This document shows, in pieces, positions 11,220 through 25,288 of a stretch of DNA of 64,000 bases. The notes under the pieces are model-generated. The model saw nothing but the letters and a program-made list of their open reading frames with translations, made no database searches and had not been told where the DNA came from. Numbering within the stretch: position 1 is the stretch's first letter; each line of letters opens with the position of its first letter. A program made the translations under genes and the position numbers. Source of the DNA: Lepidodermella squamata (lineage: Eukaryota > Animalia > Gastrotricha); assembly GCA_047495785.1 (NCBI GenBank), contig JBLDXI010000031.1, forward strand, positions 1,054,001-1,118,000, in the 5' to 3' direction.

Positions 11220-12736
11220 ATGTCTACAACTGGAGCCCGTAAGAAGCCTATCTTCACCTACGAGCAAGTTCAGCAAGAAATCAACGATAACAAGCGGCGA
11301 TTGCTGATCTATGATTCGAAAGTTTACGATATCACAAAATGGGCCCCTCTGCATCCCGGAGGTGAGCTGATAATCGAACACATGGTTGGACGAGATGCAA
11401 CTGACCAGATTTTGACAAATCACTCAGCCGCGGTTTTGGAGAAATATATGAAACTTTTCCACGTTGGTGATATGGATCTGAGCGATGCAAAAACTGCGAA
11501 AATGATCAACAAGCCACTATCATTGGCGTTTCGAAAATTGCATCGCGAAGTTACCGACGCTGGGTATTTCGAGAAGCGTCCCATGTATTACGTCCGCATG
11601 TACAGCGGAATGTTTTGCTTGTTTGCTATAGCCTTCTGGCTTTTGTGGAATTTCGGTCATACTTTTTTGGGCTGCACTTTGTCAGGGATGTTCATCGCTG
11701 CATTTTGGCACCAATGTGGAGGAATTATGCATGACACAGGACACAATGCGGTTAGCCAAAATCGAATTTTCGACACTTTAAACGGGATTGTTTTCTCAAA
11801 TTGCTTCACTGGAATTTCCATCGGTTGGTGGAAAACTTCGCACTTCATCCATCACCTTGTCCCAAACGATCCAGAGCATGATCCACACATACAAGTAAAT
11901 TACCTACAACAGTCTATATAGTACTTAGGTTAATTCTGACAACTTCCATTTAGATGATGCCGTTCATTGCGATAGCAACTCGGTTTTTCGACTCAATTTA
12001 TTCAACCTATCACAAAAGGATTCTGCCATACAATGCCTTCGCTCAACAAATGATTCAGATTCAACACTTTGTTTACATTCCGGTAGCTACCAGAAACCAC
12101 AATGCTTCTGTATTTTCTTCTATTAATTTTATCTGTAGCTCATGGCATTTGCTCGATTTGTTATGCATAAGGATAGTTGGGTTTATGTAGCCCGTCGAGA
12201 GAATTTCTGGAAGACTGAACTGGTCACTATTTTATTCTATTGGAGTTATTACTTCGCCATGATGTATTACCTGATTCCCAACAACGGCCTACGATTCTTC
12301 TACTTGGTGTGGCCTAACATGGTTTTGGTCATCCTCATGCTCCAGCTTTACGTATCTCACAATCACATGTCCACTGATCCAATGGGAATCGATGAATCAT
12401 ACGCGGCCTATCAAGTGAGAACAACGATCGATTTTTACTGTCCAAAGGTAGAATATAATTGGATCGATTATTCGTCATCTTTAAATATATTGTTTGATCC
12501 AGGGCTTTGATTTTGTTCATGGAGGCCTACAATTCCAAACTGCCCATCACTTTTTCCCTCGTTTGCCAAGGTATAATCTCCGTGCGGTCACTGAATTGGT
12601 CAAAAGGTTTTGCCGCGAGAACAACCTGCAGTACACGATGATGGGATTCGTCGAAGGAAATATCAAGCTTTTGAAACATCTCCGAGTTATAGCCGATGAG
12701 GCCGCGAAGTATTCACCGAACAAAGCCCCATCTTAA
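11220..12736 (+). CDS. Cytochrome b5-fused front-end desaturase (sphingolipid delta-8/delta-6 type); exons 11220-11894, 11954-12082, 12139-12447, 12503-12736
   Basis: HPGG heme motif; His boxes HDTGH, HFIHH and QTAHH; three short GT-AG introns keep the frame. Confidence 0.9.
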
Positions 12737-13329
12737 GCTGATTAATTATATCCCTTACTTTTAAATGACTGTCGTGCCTGAATTTGAGTGCAGTGCCATT
12801 ATTCGCAATTTTATGTCTTTTAATTCAGACGAGCAATAAATAATTTTTCCGAAACATCTGCAGTAATTATTACGGCATGAGCCCAGGCTCTTGAATTATT
12901 TCACTAGGCTGCTATGCTATCCTGTTTGATGTCACTCAGTCTTCAGTCTGCATTTTAGATTTTTCATACATCAGAGAATCTGGTTGACGTATGGGTGCGT
13001 TTAGGATCGGCCGAAGACAGAGAGACATTTACAGATAATTTTTTCACATTATGCATTCGGCTGGGTGTATGAGAGAATACACGGTCAATTACTTTAGCCT
13101 TGAACTAAAAGAGCCCATATGCTTAACTAGCTCTGAAATCCGCGGACGGTTTATATAGATAATATGGCGATACGTGTTGAGGATTGTTGATGCCACAAGG
13201 TAACACGCTCTACGCGTCTATGACGGCGCGAAGTTAATAACAAGTGGAAAAACACGAATTAATACCTTTTTTTAGTCGTAGGATTTGATGGAAAAGCGAT
13301 ATCATAATTATGACTCAAAAATGAAAAAC

Positions 13330-13875
13330 CAGTCGCCTAATCCGACATGTTTCAGCTTTTATTCAGCCATCTTCAGGGTCTGACAACAAGTAAGGAAATC
13401 AACAATCAAGTTTCGAGACTAATATTAAAACAAGTTTACCAATTTTATCACCAATCGTTTTTCGTGTAATTATCAAAAATTAATCAAAAGAATCAAAGAC
13501 AGGAATCATGATCTATTAAAATAAATTGTATGAGTAATTATTTGTTACAGTAGTTATTAAGGCTAGGGTTAAGAGCTTGGATAAATAGTTTTTCAGTACG
13601 AAGTAAACGATAAGGTAATTTACAATGATGTAGGATCTGAGTAGTGAACGGCGGATCAGTTTTGGTACAGGTTTTGAAGTGTTCCCCAATGGTGCCATCT
13701 TTAGTTTTATTAGAAGCATAACAGTGTTGTGTAGTACGGTATGCGACAGGTTGGCTCGTGCAGCCAATGTAGATTTCTTGGCAGGTATCACATGTTTGTT
13801 GATAGATGGTGTGTTGTATAGGACAGTAGGACACCATCTATCAACAAACATGTAATACCTGCCAAGAAATCTACA
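13330..13875 (-). mobile_element. 5'-truncated Penelope-like retroelement (GIY-YIG endonuclease end, 3' region, inverted 5' tail)
   Basis: ORF 13538-13837 reads CDTCQEIYIGCTSQ...RTTQH...IGEHF...EKLFIQALNPSLN. A 45-bp inverted duplication sits at 13768-13812 and 13831-13875, with the hammerhead motif downstream. Confidence 0.85.
13341..13380 (-). ncRNA. Minimal type I hammerhead ribozyme motif (Penelope-associated)
   Basis: Minus strand reads gacc-CTGAAGA-t-ggct-gaataaa-agct-GAAA-catg-TC-gga: catalytic core, 4-bp stem II, palindromic ACATGT stem III and a GUC cleavage triplet. It lies downstream of the GIY-YIG ORF. Confidence 0.7.
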
Positions 13876-14952
13876 AAATGCAAATTAAAATCAGATTCAG
13901 ATTCAGTTTTCTGAGATAAAAAATTTCAGCTGACCGCAAGAAAACCAACGCCCAAATAATTTAGTCGAAATTCAAAATTCAATCCTCAAGCCTTTGTCAG
14001 ATATGGACGTTTGGACATTTTGAAAGATTGACTAGGCCTGGAGCCCCGGGCCTGGAACATTGATGGAAAATGGGCAGGTCCCGGTACTGTTTGTGGTGGA
14101 TGACTACGGCAGATGCTCGTTTTCTACGTTCATGTTTTTCATTTGTCTCTGAAAATCAGTTTCTAATCAATATTTGGATAAATATTCCTTTCCAGGCGAA
14201 TTTGTTGTTGCGGTTTAGCGTCGTCTAAACCGGAAGATCAAAATGGTTTTATTAAAAGTGGTTGCATGAGCATCCTCACTATTAACTACTTATTTTATAG
14301 ACAACTTCTTGCTATTAACTAACTACTCCTAACTGATGGAAAGCACCGGCAATAGCAGTCATCGGCATATCACCACTTACTAAGTGACTATAACGGTTTT
14401 ATTTTCTCAGAAGTTTCACTGATATTCAACGCTGATGTTCAACATGTTATCATCGCGAAGCATTTTTGTGGTTTAATCATACCTGAAAAAATAGATATCT
14501 CGCACAATTCCTATGAGCAGCTATCAAACAGGCAAAATGCATATTACGACATAAATTCTTCTCCGCCCTACAACGCTACCGTTACGCTAGCTTTAAATCG
14601 ATAAAAAAACAAGACTATCGATCAAGTTACATTTAGCGGGGCTGCTCGCATCTATTAAGTTTTAAGTGAAAGGTACTTTCGTCAAGTTCTATTCATACAT
14701 CACCGGCGTTAACACATGAAGTAATGTGTCATTCCCCCATTCCTTTCATGAACCCTTGAAACGTGTTCTTTCATTATTTGACCTATATGTATTATCCAAC
14801 TGCCAGAAAAAATGGTAAACCGCGATTTACATATATAATTTTTACAACATCAGCTTGCATGGAAATACTTAGCTTGTGTGCTTCTTTTCGAATGTTTGTG
14901 ATTTTAAAATTCCTATGTTCAAGTAATTACTAGTGTCATAAACTCAGAAAAA

Positions 14953-16480
14953 ATGATCATTCATCTCCTCGGAATCCTTCTGATCTTCTTCATCGTCTAT
15001 GGTTCCTTCAGAATCGCGTATGACCGTTTATTTTACCGTCTACCTCCTGGGCCTACTCCACTGCCATTTATCGGCAACTTATTGATGTTCTTGAAAGTGT
15101 CAAGCTCGAAGGAGAGATTCAAGCTGATTCCAAAATTAGCAAAGGAATATGGATCTATTTTCAGAATTTATCTGGGCCATCATCGTGCCTTCTTTCTCAC
15201 TGACAGTGCTCTGATTCAGGAAACATTGGTCACTCAGGCGAAGAACTTCAGCTGGAGAATCGAAAAGCATTTACCTGGATTCGAGCGTGTGCGACCTGGA
15301 ATCCTGTCAGCCAACCATGATGAGTGGCGATCTCGCCGCCGTTTCGGAATGAAGGCTATGCGTGATTTTGGCATGGGTAAAGAGCAAATGGTTGTCAATA
15401 TTCAAGAAGAGGTTCGCCATTTCATACCGGAGCTTGAAGCTCGCGTGGGGCAACCTTTCAATCCCAAAAGGCTTCTCAGTCTCAACGTTTCGAACGTCAT
15501 TTGCTCCTTGGTATTTGGCAAACGGTATTTCTGACATGAATGTAAATATATAGCTAATTCCTAAATATATTTTCTTCAGGTTCCAGTACGAAGATGCGAA
15601 AGTGTTGGAACTTCTAGGTTTAATAGAAACCACTGCGGCAAGATCGGCTAAAGACAGTGCTGTTTTCCTCATACTTCCATTTTGGCGCTTTTTCGCCGAT
15701 GCGCCTCAATGCCGAGACTTTAGAAAAATTCAGGATTATACAATCAAGCTTTTGCGCACAGCTATAGAGGAGCATCGGCGCGATTTTAACCCAGATATGA
15801 TTCGGGATTTTCCTGACATTTACATTAAGTCTGAGCTAGAAAATGATGCCATGGACTTGGACAGCTTTGGCTACGCGATGACTGATCTTTTCGTAGCAGG
15901 AACCGAGACTACGGCTACCGCGTTGAGCTGGACGCTGCTGTACCTAGCAACTTGGCCTGAATTGCAAGCTCGATGCCACGAAGCCATTGACCAAGTCATT
16001 GATACAGATCGTTTGCCAACCTTGGCTGATCGGCCGAAGCTGGTTTTTATCGACGCCGTTATGTGCGAAGTCCTTCGCCACTCCAGTTTGGTACCAGGCG
16101 CTTTGACCCATACAAATTTAGAAACACCCTGCCAAATCGGCGGCTACGACTGCCCTCCATATTCTCTCGTTGCATACAGTCTTTCAACGCTAAACTACGA
16201 CGAAAAGTACTGGAAAAATCCGGATGAATTTAATCCAGACAGATGGCTTGACGCTGACGGTAAATTATTAACACACTCGTCGCAGTTCATGCCATTTGGT
16301 ATTGGCCCGAGAATTTGTCTAGGAGAGGCTCTGGCTCGCGTTGAATACTTCATTTTCATCACTGCTATGCTTCACAGATTCCGGTTCGTTTTGAAAGAGC
16401 CTGTTGATATTCGCGGTGGCCTTCTCGGCATCGTTCACTCTCCGCCTAATTTTGAAATTATTTGTTCACATCGGAGTTGA
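14953..16480 (+). CDS. Cytochrome P450, CYP2 clan; intron 15525-15579
   Basis: N-terminal TM and PPGPTPLPFIGN, WRSRR, AGTETT, EVLR, FNPDRW and heme motif PFGIGPRICLG. Splicing gives KRFQYED. Confidence 0.95.
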
Positions 16481-18029
16481 TCAATAAAAAATCGTCATTT
16501 TCCCGAAAAATACTCGTTTTATTCATCGACATGGCTTTGTTCATCCCTTATCCATTAGTGATCACTACGTTCTCACATCGCTACAGGGTGACTCGGGAGC
16601 TAAACTCTCAAACTGATGCCCAAGCATTTCGTCAGGCAACTGGCGATTGGGCTTATAAATCCTTCCATCCATCCATCCATTATTCGTTGTTCCTAGTTTC
16701 CATCCAGCGCTTCGTTTCAACCACATAAGGTTCGATTTCATCTTCTGAAACACGCGTTTAATACATTGAATCAAGTTAAATGTTTATCATCATGCTGACT
16801 GCATTACCTGAATGTTTAGCTGGGTGACTCGCTCAATTTCACAAACACTTCCGCAATTGGACTCGGAGCTCCTACGATGAGCCTACGGTGGGCAAGGTTG
16901 CGCTCAACTACGCCACCTCAGATGGAAAAAGTGATTTATTCATCTGCTTCACTTTTATCTGCTTCACAGATCATCAAACTATAGGGACTGTCCATTAAGC
17001 CACGTGAGACAACAAATAACTTCGTTGCAAACCTCGTGACCTAAATCGCATGCGATGGCAATCAATCTGCAATTTCAATAATGTAATTATCAGCATACTC
17101 TTTCATCCTTTTTATCAATGAAAATTATTAAATAATTTTGGACAAATTGATCATCACTTAAAATTGTCATTCATCGGAATGTCCCGCGGTAGAAGCAAGC
17201 GGTAGAGGCAAGTGAAGTCAGAAGCCAAGTTCGGGATGCTCTTCTTTACCGTTTTTGCCGCTTGCCGCATAGAAAAAATTCTCCTGCCGTATCATAATTT
17301 GTCCGCTTTTTAAGCATGTGGCATATGGTCTCTTTCACGCTATTGAATTTGAATCCTCCGCTTTATTCCAGATTCCAGCCAAGATGTTCATGTCAGAACC
17401 CAGAGAGTGCTTTCATGCTATCCATCCTTACGCCATGGCGAAAATAAGGGGAAACCGTTAAAGCAGTCCTCGCCGATTTGCTGATGATTAACCGTTGTTA
17501 CTTTGGAACAGAAGCTATCTGCTCCTCCCTTTCTTTTGCGTGGTGACGGATGTGTACGATATGCATGAGTAATAATACTGGATCGTTTCCTTGTTGATGT
17601 AACGTGGTAGAGGGTGGTCATGTCGTTATTTGCGTCAAGTTTATTTTCTAGTATTCCACTTTATGCCCCATGTCAAATTTTTTATCGATTGCTCTAACGC
17701 TGAAATTAACTTTCTGGGTGAAAATACGGCTGGCAGCTTCCGAAAGATAATGAGACGTTGCGTTGTTTTAACTAGCTACCCAGGTGCGTTCTTATAGCAA
17801 GGTCTCGGCGCGTTAGAGAAAGCCAAATGAGTGCGTGTGTTGGTCTTCAGTGATCGTTGCAGGTCACTGGTATTGGAAGCCTTTCTTATCGATTATCGAT
17901 GTCCTCCTTTTTTCATGAACGGTTGCTCGTTGCTCATTTAATGACGGATTTGAAATTTTATTATTTAGAAATTTATATTGTTTGCTATCAAGAAGCATGA
18001 TCTGAGACAGTGTTGTCACTGGGAAGAGA

Positions 18030-20278
18030 ATGGCTAGCAGCGCTGGTTCCGACTCTGCGCTGAAATACAATGCGTCTCAAGAAGCAGTTTTGATAAGCAC
18101 CAGACCCGACGATTCGTCAATTCTGCAGGATGATGAGCGGCCTCGAAATCGATTTGATATTGGCAACGATCACTTCGGGCATGGCAGCACATCGAGTGAG
18201 ATAATTCTTCACAACGCGGCTGACCCATCGATGCCGCGATCAAATTCTCGCGAAAACCAAGCTCCTCAGCTACCGCCAATGACAGTTGCTGAGGCTGTGG
18301 AACACATAGGAATGGGAAAATTCCAACTTATCATCATCACAATCTGCGGATTGTTCACCTTCGCCGATGCGATGGAGATGCTGCTACTCGCCGTGTTAGC
18401 CCCCGTTTTAAAATGTGAGTGGCTGCTTGGCGAGTTTCAAGTCGCCTTCATAACAACCATCGTTTTCATCGGCTACATGGTAATGGCGCCGTTCTGGGGC
18501 GCCCTCAGCGACCACTACGGCCGCAAAAACGTGCTAGTTGTCGTGTGTCTATGGATAGCATTCTACGGTTTCTTAACAGCTTTCTCGCCGACCTACGGCT
18601 GGGTGCTAATTTTACGCGGCTGCGTCGGCGCTGGTATCGCCGGGGCAGGGCAGGCGTTCGTGTTAACCAGTGAATATATTCCGATAAAATGGCGAGCGCG
18701 TCTTTTAGTCGGTTCGTCCATCTTCTGGACATTCGGCTCATTATTCGAAATCGGAATTGCAGCCCTCATCGTTCCTAACGTACCAGCCGATAGCAAAATA
18801 CCCGGCTGGCGTATTCTAGTTATTCTTTCATCACTGCCTGTCGCGTTGGTCGTGTTAACGTTAAGGTGGCTGCCTGAGTCTGCGCGGTTTCTCGTCGCAG
18901 CTGGTCGTGATATTGAGGCGAAGCAAATTTTAGACGATGCAGCTAAGATGAATAAAATGCCGAAGTTACCGGCGCCGTTGAAGTCGGAAGTCTCAGCCGG
19001 TCGAGGCGATATTCGCGAGTTATTTAGGTCAGGCTCCGGCCTAGCAACTACCACCCTCGGCTGTTGGGTGCTCTGGTTCACCGCAGCTTTTGTCTACTAT
19101 GGAATGATCCTACTATCAGCCGTTTTGCTGGAAGAACAAGCGAAAGACTGTGGCGACCCGGATACCCACGCCGCCTTAACGTCTCAAGGCTCGGTGTCTT
19201 CCGGCAAGGTGTGTTCGTGCACGCCGCCGTCGCAGGAGACTTACATATCTATGCTGGTGTCGACAATCGGTGAGTTCGCGTCGATCGCCCTCAATCTGGT
19301 CACGCTGGATCGGTTCGGCCGCAAACGCTCGATGGCGATGTATTTGGCTCTGCAGGGCGTCACTTTCATGCTTCTCATTCCGTGCGGCATGCCGGCCAGT
19401 GTTATGACTACGCTGATTTTCATTATTCGCGGCCTGTCTTCCGCCTTCTTCAATGCAGTTTATAGTAAGTTGCTAAATCATGCTAAACAGAGGTATCTCT
19501 TATCAATAATCTTAATGGAAAATTTGCGCTAATATCAGCTCAGAAATGCCGATAATTCGTCCTAGTTCTATGCAAAAATGTTGAAACAATATTTACGCCA
19601 TATTTATTGTGCTGCTGTGGAAGCAATTTCTAAGAGCTGGAATTTTCAAATTAAATACTTCTAGCATTACTTCCATCTGTATAATTTACGATTTCCCACG
19701 ACAAATCAAAATTTTCTAGTTTTTTTGATAATTTTTGTGGAATACTAGTACTCATTACATCGCTATAATAACGCGTTGATTATGCAGTGTTTAAAACTTT
19801 TTATTTCCGTCAAATTAAAAGACATCCGGTGAAAAATAAGAGAAAATCTAGCAAAATTTGCCGCTCTCAATTTGTATTTGGAAAACACGTTGCATTTCGA
19901 CTCCTGGCCATTTATTGCAAAATATTTGCATAATTCTGACCACAAATAATTGTTTGCTATTTACAAAACTCATTCAAAATCAAGTTGGTACTTTGAACAT
20001 GTAATAAAAAAATATTTTTGTTTAACTAATTGTGTAATATTTTTCATTGTTTTCCAGTTTACGTTGCGGAAATCTACCCGACCCGCGTTCGAGCCCTCGC
20101 GCTCGGCTCGTCGTCGGCTGCTGCTCGAGTCGGCGCCATCCTGACGCCGTTCTTTGCTCAGGTGCTGCTGACGCACAACCGGACAGCCGCGCTCGTTGTC
20201 TACGGTGTTGTTTCGCTGTTCGCCGCCGGCGTTTCACTCTTCATGCCCTACGAAACGAAAGACCGGCAAGTGTCCTGA
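18030..20278 (+). CDS. SVOP: Synaptic vesicle 2-related MFS transporter; intron 19465-20057
   Basis: AVEHIGMGKFQ, ADAMEMLLLAVL, SDHYGRK, WLPESARF and EIYPTRVRALALG...ARVGA. Confidence 0.85.
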
Positions 20279-21862
20279 TCACACCACCCATAGTCACCCA
20301 TGTTATACAATGGAAAAGAACCTATCATTTATTTATTATCGATTTTCAAAAAAATTATGGCAATTATTAGATCTTCGCCCTTTCATAAGCAATCTCTCTG
20401 AATAATTTTTGTCTGTCTATCTTCACGTAGCAGCTTTTTTTTCTACATGTTTGTTATAATGAGTAAAAAATTTATTTGATCTGGGAACGGCACATTCCAT
20501 TAAATTGTAGAATATAGAGACACCTGTTGCCAACTAGTTTTCATATTAAAAAAAATGTATGAGCGAAATAAGAAAATGACTAGCGGGACCTACTCGAGAC
20601 AAAAAATGATAATGGCATAAAAAAATCCCGATGTGTTTTTCGTGCTTTTCCACGTTCGCAGTATTTTTGACTCGCGTCTTATATAGTGTGAAATCGATTT
20701 GTGGCTCATTATGCGATAGAGATAATACACTACGCCACACGTATCTGGAAACTGCGATATTTGTCAATATTTTATGTTAATTTTTTGTCGCTTTCGTCGT
20801 TCTCGGTGTGCATCAGCTCGTTTGAAAATATTTCTCCGGAAAAACGCGAAAAATTAGGTGAAACTAATATTCCAGCCCTTGACTCATTATATCAAAATCC
20901 ATTGCTTTTCAAATGAATATATTCAACTTCGAATAATTGTGAAAAACGAGTAGAATGGTTGTTTGTTCTCCGAAAATTTCTTGTTGTTGTTTGGCTCTAG
21001 AAAGAGAAAGATCTGGCATTTTTTCTCGCTTTTTTCTTCTTTGATCGCAAAAAGTTTATATTCTTAATACGTGAATATTTTTTCAACGTTTCAGCGACTG
21101 TTTTCTTCTTTCCAGCTATTTATCTATCGAATTAATCTATCGCATTACTTCGAATTCTTAAAAAAAGTTTGGGTTATTTAACTTTGTGTATATTGTATCA
21201 TTGATCGTTGGAAAGAAAGGTGAATATCGATACATTTCAATTGAATGTTGGCGATTTGTGGGTCGGATTTGCAATCGGATTGGCAGAGAAAACGAAGCTT
21301 ACAATTGAAAGAAAGTAAAATAAAAGGCATTTAAATGACGAATTCCGGTTTTTTTTTTGATGCGCTAAGAACATTGGATCGTTGAGTAATAAAGATAATT
21401 GTTGATTAAAGAAAACCATGTACTCGGGCTTTCTAGGGGTCACCTTGACACGTCAAAAAGTAGGCTTAGCCCCAAAGAATTCGGCGAGGTGAGATAACAT
21501 GAGTGGGTTTGTTTCGATAGTTTTTATGAAGGAATCTCCGATGTCTCTCTTTCATGCTGATAACACTGGTATCGTAAAGCAGCCACTAAAATTCCACCGA
21601 CTACAATTCTTAAATTTTCCTTTAAAACTGCGCCAGTTATTTTATACACCCAGCGAAGTTCTTTCGAAGATTTTACGCCATTCGTCATTCGTCTCGATCC
21701 AAAGCAGTTTTTCATGAACTTTTCCAATATTATTTTCACAGAATATTTCAACGGAGACCATTTTTCAATTTCTTCATCTTATTGATTTCTCATTCTTTTA
21801 TTCATGGAAAGAAACTTATAAAAGTGAAATGCTACAAGAAGGTTTGGAATGTTTTGCTCATC

Positions 21863-22305
21863 TCAATGTGCGCTTTTCGACGTGGCTGATAGAGTTGATT
21901 GCTTCCAATCGATGCTCCCGTCAGGTTTGCGCACAGCATAGACTGGCCCAACAAAATCAGCAGGAGGAACATTCTCTTGCTTATTCAAATTTCTGCGGCG
22001 TTCAGGATCTGACCGTTTCTTGGGCGGTGGAGGAGCGCCTTTGTAAAATTGATAAATAGGATCTCCTTCCACGTATCCCATCGCATTTATGTCGAAATGC
22101 CGTTTGCAAAATTTAACGCTGCTCATTCGATCAGCGTCAGCGTATGGTCGTCTATGTAAGCAAAAAATCGCGTTCAAACAATTTGTAAAAAAATATAATG
22201 TTGTTACCCAGCCAATCTGAGCCACTCGTGTCTTCTGACTTCATCTTTGGGCAGCTGTATTGTAGCATTTTTAGCGCCACAACCGGCGCAATAGCAACAA
22301 GGCAT
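21863..22305 (-). CDS. THAP (C2CH) zinc-finger protein, possibly a transposon remnant; intron 22152-22207
   Basis: Spliced translation MPCCYCAGCG...LPKDEVRRHEWLRLAG|RPY...VKFCKRHFD shows the THAP C-x2-C...P...W...C-x2-HF pattern. Confidence 0.65.
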
Positions 22306-23020
22306 CCAAATAAGTAATGTAACAATTATTTGAATAAAATCCAACAATAAATCTATCGCTAAACATCAACGTCTATATTTGAGACTGGGAAGGAAAAGTC
22401 TATGGGGGAAGAAAGTGGGTTTCACCGCTCGTCACGCGAACGGAGTAAACAGGTATTTAGGCCTAATAATTTATTATTTTGATTCAAAAGTTATTGAAAC
22501 TGTTGTCTGCAAATTACTATCCAATTGATTATTAAAGCTACCGTAAAAAGTGTGGTATATAGCAGCTATTTAGACAACTCGGGTTGGTATTTAGCATTTA
22601 GCATAGAAAATAAGGCATTTAGAGTAGCTAAATAAGTACCTATATGGAACTATTTAGAATACTCGGGGGATTTTCATCCTGATTAACGAAGGACAAAATG
22701 GATCTTGGGGTGTTTAAAAAATAGATTAAGAGGAAAGCTTGCCTTGTAGTACTTTTACCCCCATATTGAAATCGGCTCAAATTTCATTTCTTGCTGGCAG
22801 GAGGGGCGTGAACTATGTTTCTCAGTAAGTGTTTGATATAATTGGACCCTCATGGATCTTGCATACTTCCTCAAGAACTCATCAATCGAAATTTTTTGCC
22901 AACCCTTCTTTTCAATTATTATGTTTCATTGAATTCATCACCACGATTATATTTAATCTTCAAATATTTTTTTATTTAAAAAACTAGTTATTTGGTATCT
23001 ATTTTTCACGGCAACAATTA

Positions 23021-24374
23021 TCAAGAGCACAAGTTTTTGATGTCTTTCGCGTGAGATAACGCTGCCGGCATATCATCGCGAAACCGCATTAGGTAGGCTT
23101 GAACTTGCGCTGGCGAAAATCGATGACCACTAGCTTCAACAGCTTGAGCAAAAGCTTCACATTCTTGCTCGGTGGATTTTTGGTGAAATCTCGCGAACAT
23201 CATAGCGAGCTGGAAGAACGATGCATAATCAATCAGCGCCTTTACATCAACCCGACCTGGCCTCAAAACTGCTGGATGAAGTCTAAAATTCATAGAAAAA
23301 TTACGAAAAATTGAAAACTAAATTATCACCCACTTTTCGAAGTAATTTGTAGTCATGAAGACAATTCGGGCTTCAGATGACATTACGCCATCTAAAGCGT
23401 TCAAAACTCCACTCAACGAGAGCTTTCCCATTCCTCGATATACAGACTCATCTGCAAAATAAATTTTGAACTAAAATTGTCAGTAATTGGTCGAAAAGCT
23501 CACTTTTAGACTCCATATCCCGACCAGTGCATGCTAGATCGAGATCTTCCAATAGAATTATACTGTTTTGAGGCGCAGTCGCCATCAAATGGTAAAGCCG
23601 ATCGTCTGTCAGCATTTGATCACCAAGATTTATCATAGAAATGCCGTAATCCAACTCGCCAGCGACTGCAGTTATGAAAGACGTTTTACCCGTACCAGGA
23701 GGGCCGTGGAGTAAATAACCACGCCGATATGGAATGCCACGATCTGAGTACCACTTCTCAGAAGACATGAATTGACTAATGTCCTGGAGTAATAAGTCCA
23801 TGAGACCTTCGTCTAACACAACGCTAGATATCGCTCGCTTCTTCCTGGGATTGCCGAACGGGCGCCACTCTGAGCCGTATGGGAAGTACACAATTGTCTT
23901 GCCTTCTTGCTTCGTCAGGGCTAACTGTGCAGCTTCGTTGAGCATTTCGATGAAAAATTGGCGTTTGCCAAAAGTTTGAAGAGTTATCGTTTCAAATATG
24001 TCTAATGCTTTGGTCTCGCGATTCCTCTCAATTCGAATGTACTTGTTTTTGTACCAGATATAATGTTGGCCCGTCGATGGGAAGGTTGTAAAGCTTGGCG
24101 TCATTTTTCCGTCGTTTGATTTCGACACAAATGACGAAACACCAATATGATGTGAGGCATTTGCTCTCGACCCCAACCATTGCAGCATCCATTCGTAAGA
24201 TCTGTCTTTGCTCGACAGTTCAAGAGTAGTGATACAGTGACGCCGAAATAACATAGTAAGGCCGCTGGTGAGGCCACGCAGTGCAAACATGCTGGCACCA
24301 ACGCCGGCAAGGCCAAAACCAGCGCTAAAATACTGGTTCCCTTGTAACGAAGTTATGAAGTCGCCAATGCCCAT
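23021..24374 (-). CDS. BCS1L: Mitochondrial chaperone BCS1; exons 24374-23504, 23451-23334, 23282-23021
   Basis: [38 protein letters not shown] and LRPGRVD. Confidence 0.95.
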
Positions 24375-25288
24375 CTAATAACCGAGAAAACAAATCATAT
24401 CCGAAATAGGAGGAAGTACCTATAGCTATGCATAGAAAATAGAAGAACTTTCTGGTTAACTGATCTGCTAGATAAAAGTTCTCGTACGATGACTTTTCTC
24501 GCTACTCTCTGGCCTCGCAGCAGGAGATTAATCAACCACTCGGTGTCAAGACCTATTCACTATTCGAAACAAGCTCTGTTTATGAGTCTAACAAATCTTG
24601 GATCAACCGGAATTCTACGCACACAAAAAATCAACAAACTTTTATTTGGGCAGCAACAAGTGGCTCTTCATTCGCTGAGTTCTTCTCGAACGATGAACCA
24701 GCAACCCGATCGCGGATCGGAACTTGGGCGAACTTGGGCGAACACATGTAAAAACTTCCTTACTTTTTGAAAATTTCCCGGGTAAAATATTTGAAATGAT
24801 GAAATACAAAATAAATAAGGCTCAATAACATGTTTCGATTATCTTCATTTCACGACCTTGACGTTTCACAGCTCCCTGAATCAATTGAAAAATATTTTTT
24901 GCGGAAATTGTGTGGAAAAACCATAGAAAGCCTGCTTCGTGAAACCTGGACTCCTATTCATCAACAGTTGTGACGACGATTTCTCATTTGTTATATGAGC
25001 TAGTTATCCCATTCATTTTTCATTTCGACGCTCTTTGCTTTACTTTTCAAGTGGTAAGATGTTGGAAACTTCATAACTCAGGGTTTGGGTGTAACAAGCG
25101 CAAGGCGTTTTTAGTTGATAAATTCTCTATTCCTATACCTGTAGCCCATAGAGATCAGATTAATGTGGTTAATTAATCTATGATGTAGTCTAATGGATAA
25201 CAGATTTTTTCATGTTTACAATATCCCTGTTCTTATTGCTCGCCATCTCGCGGTCAGTTAGAGGTTTGCTTGTTAATTGTGAAATATC

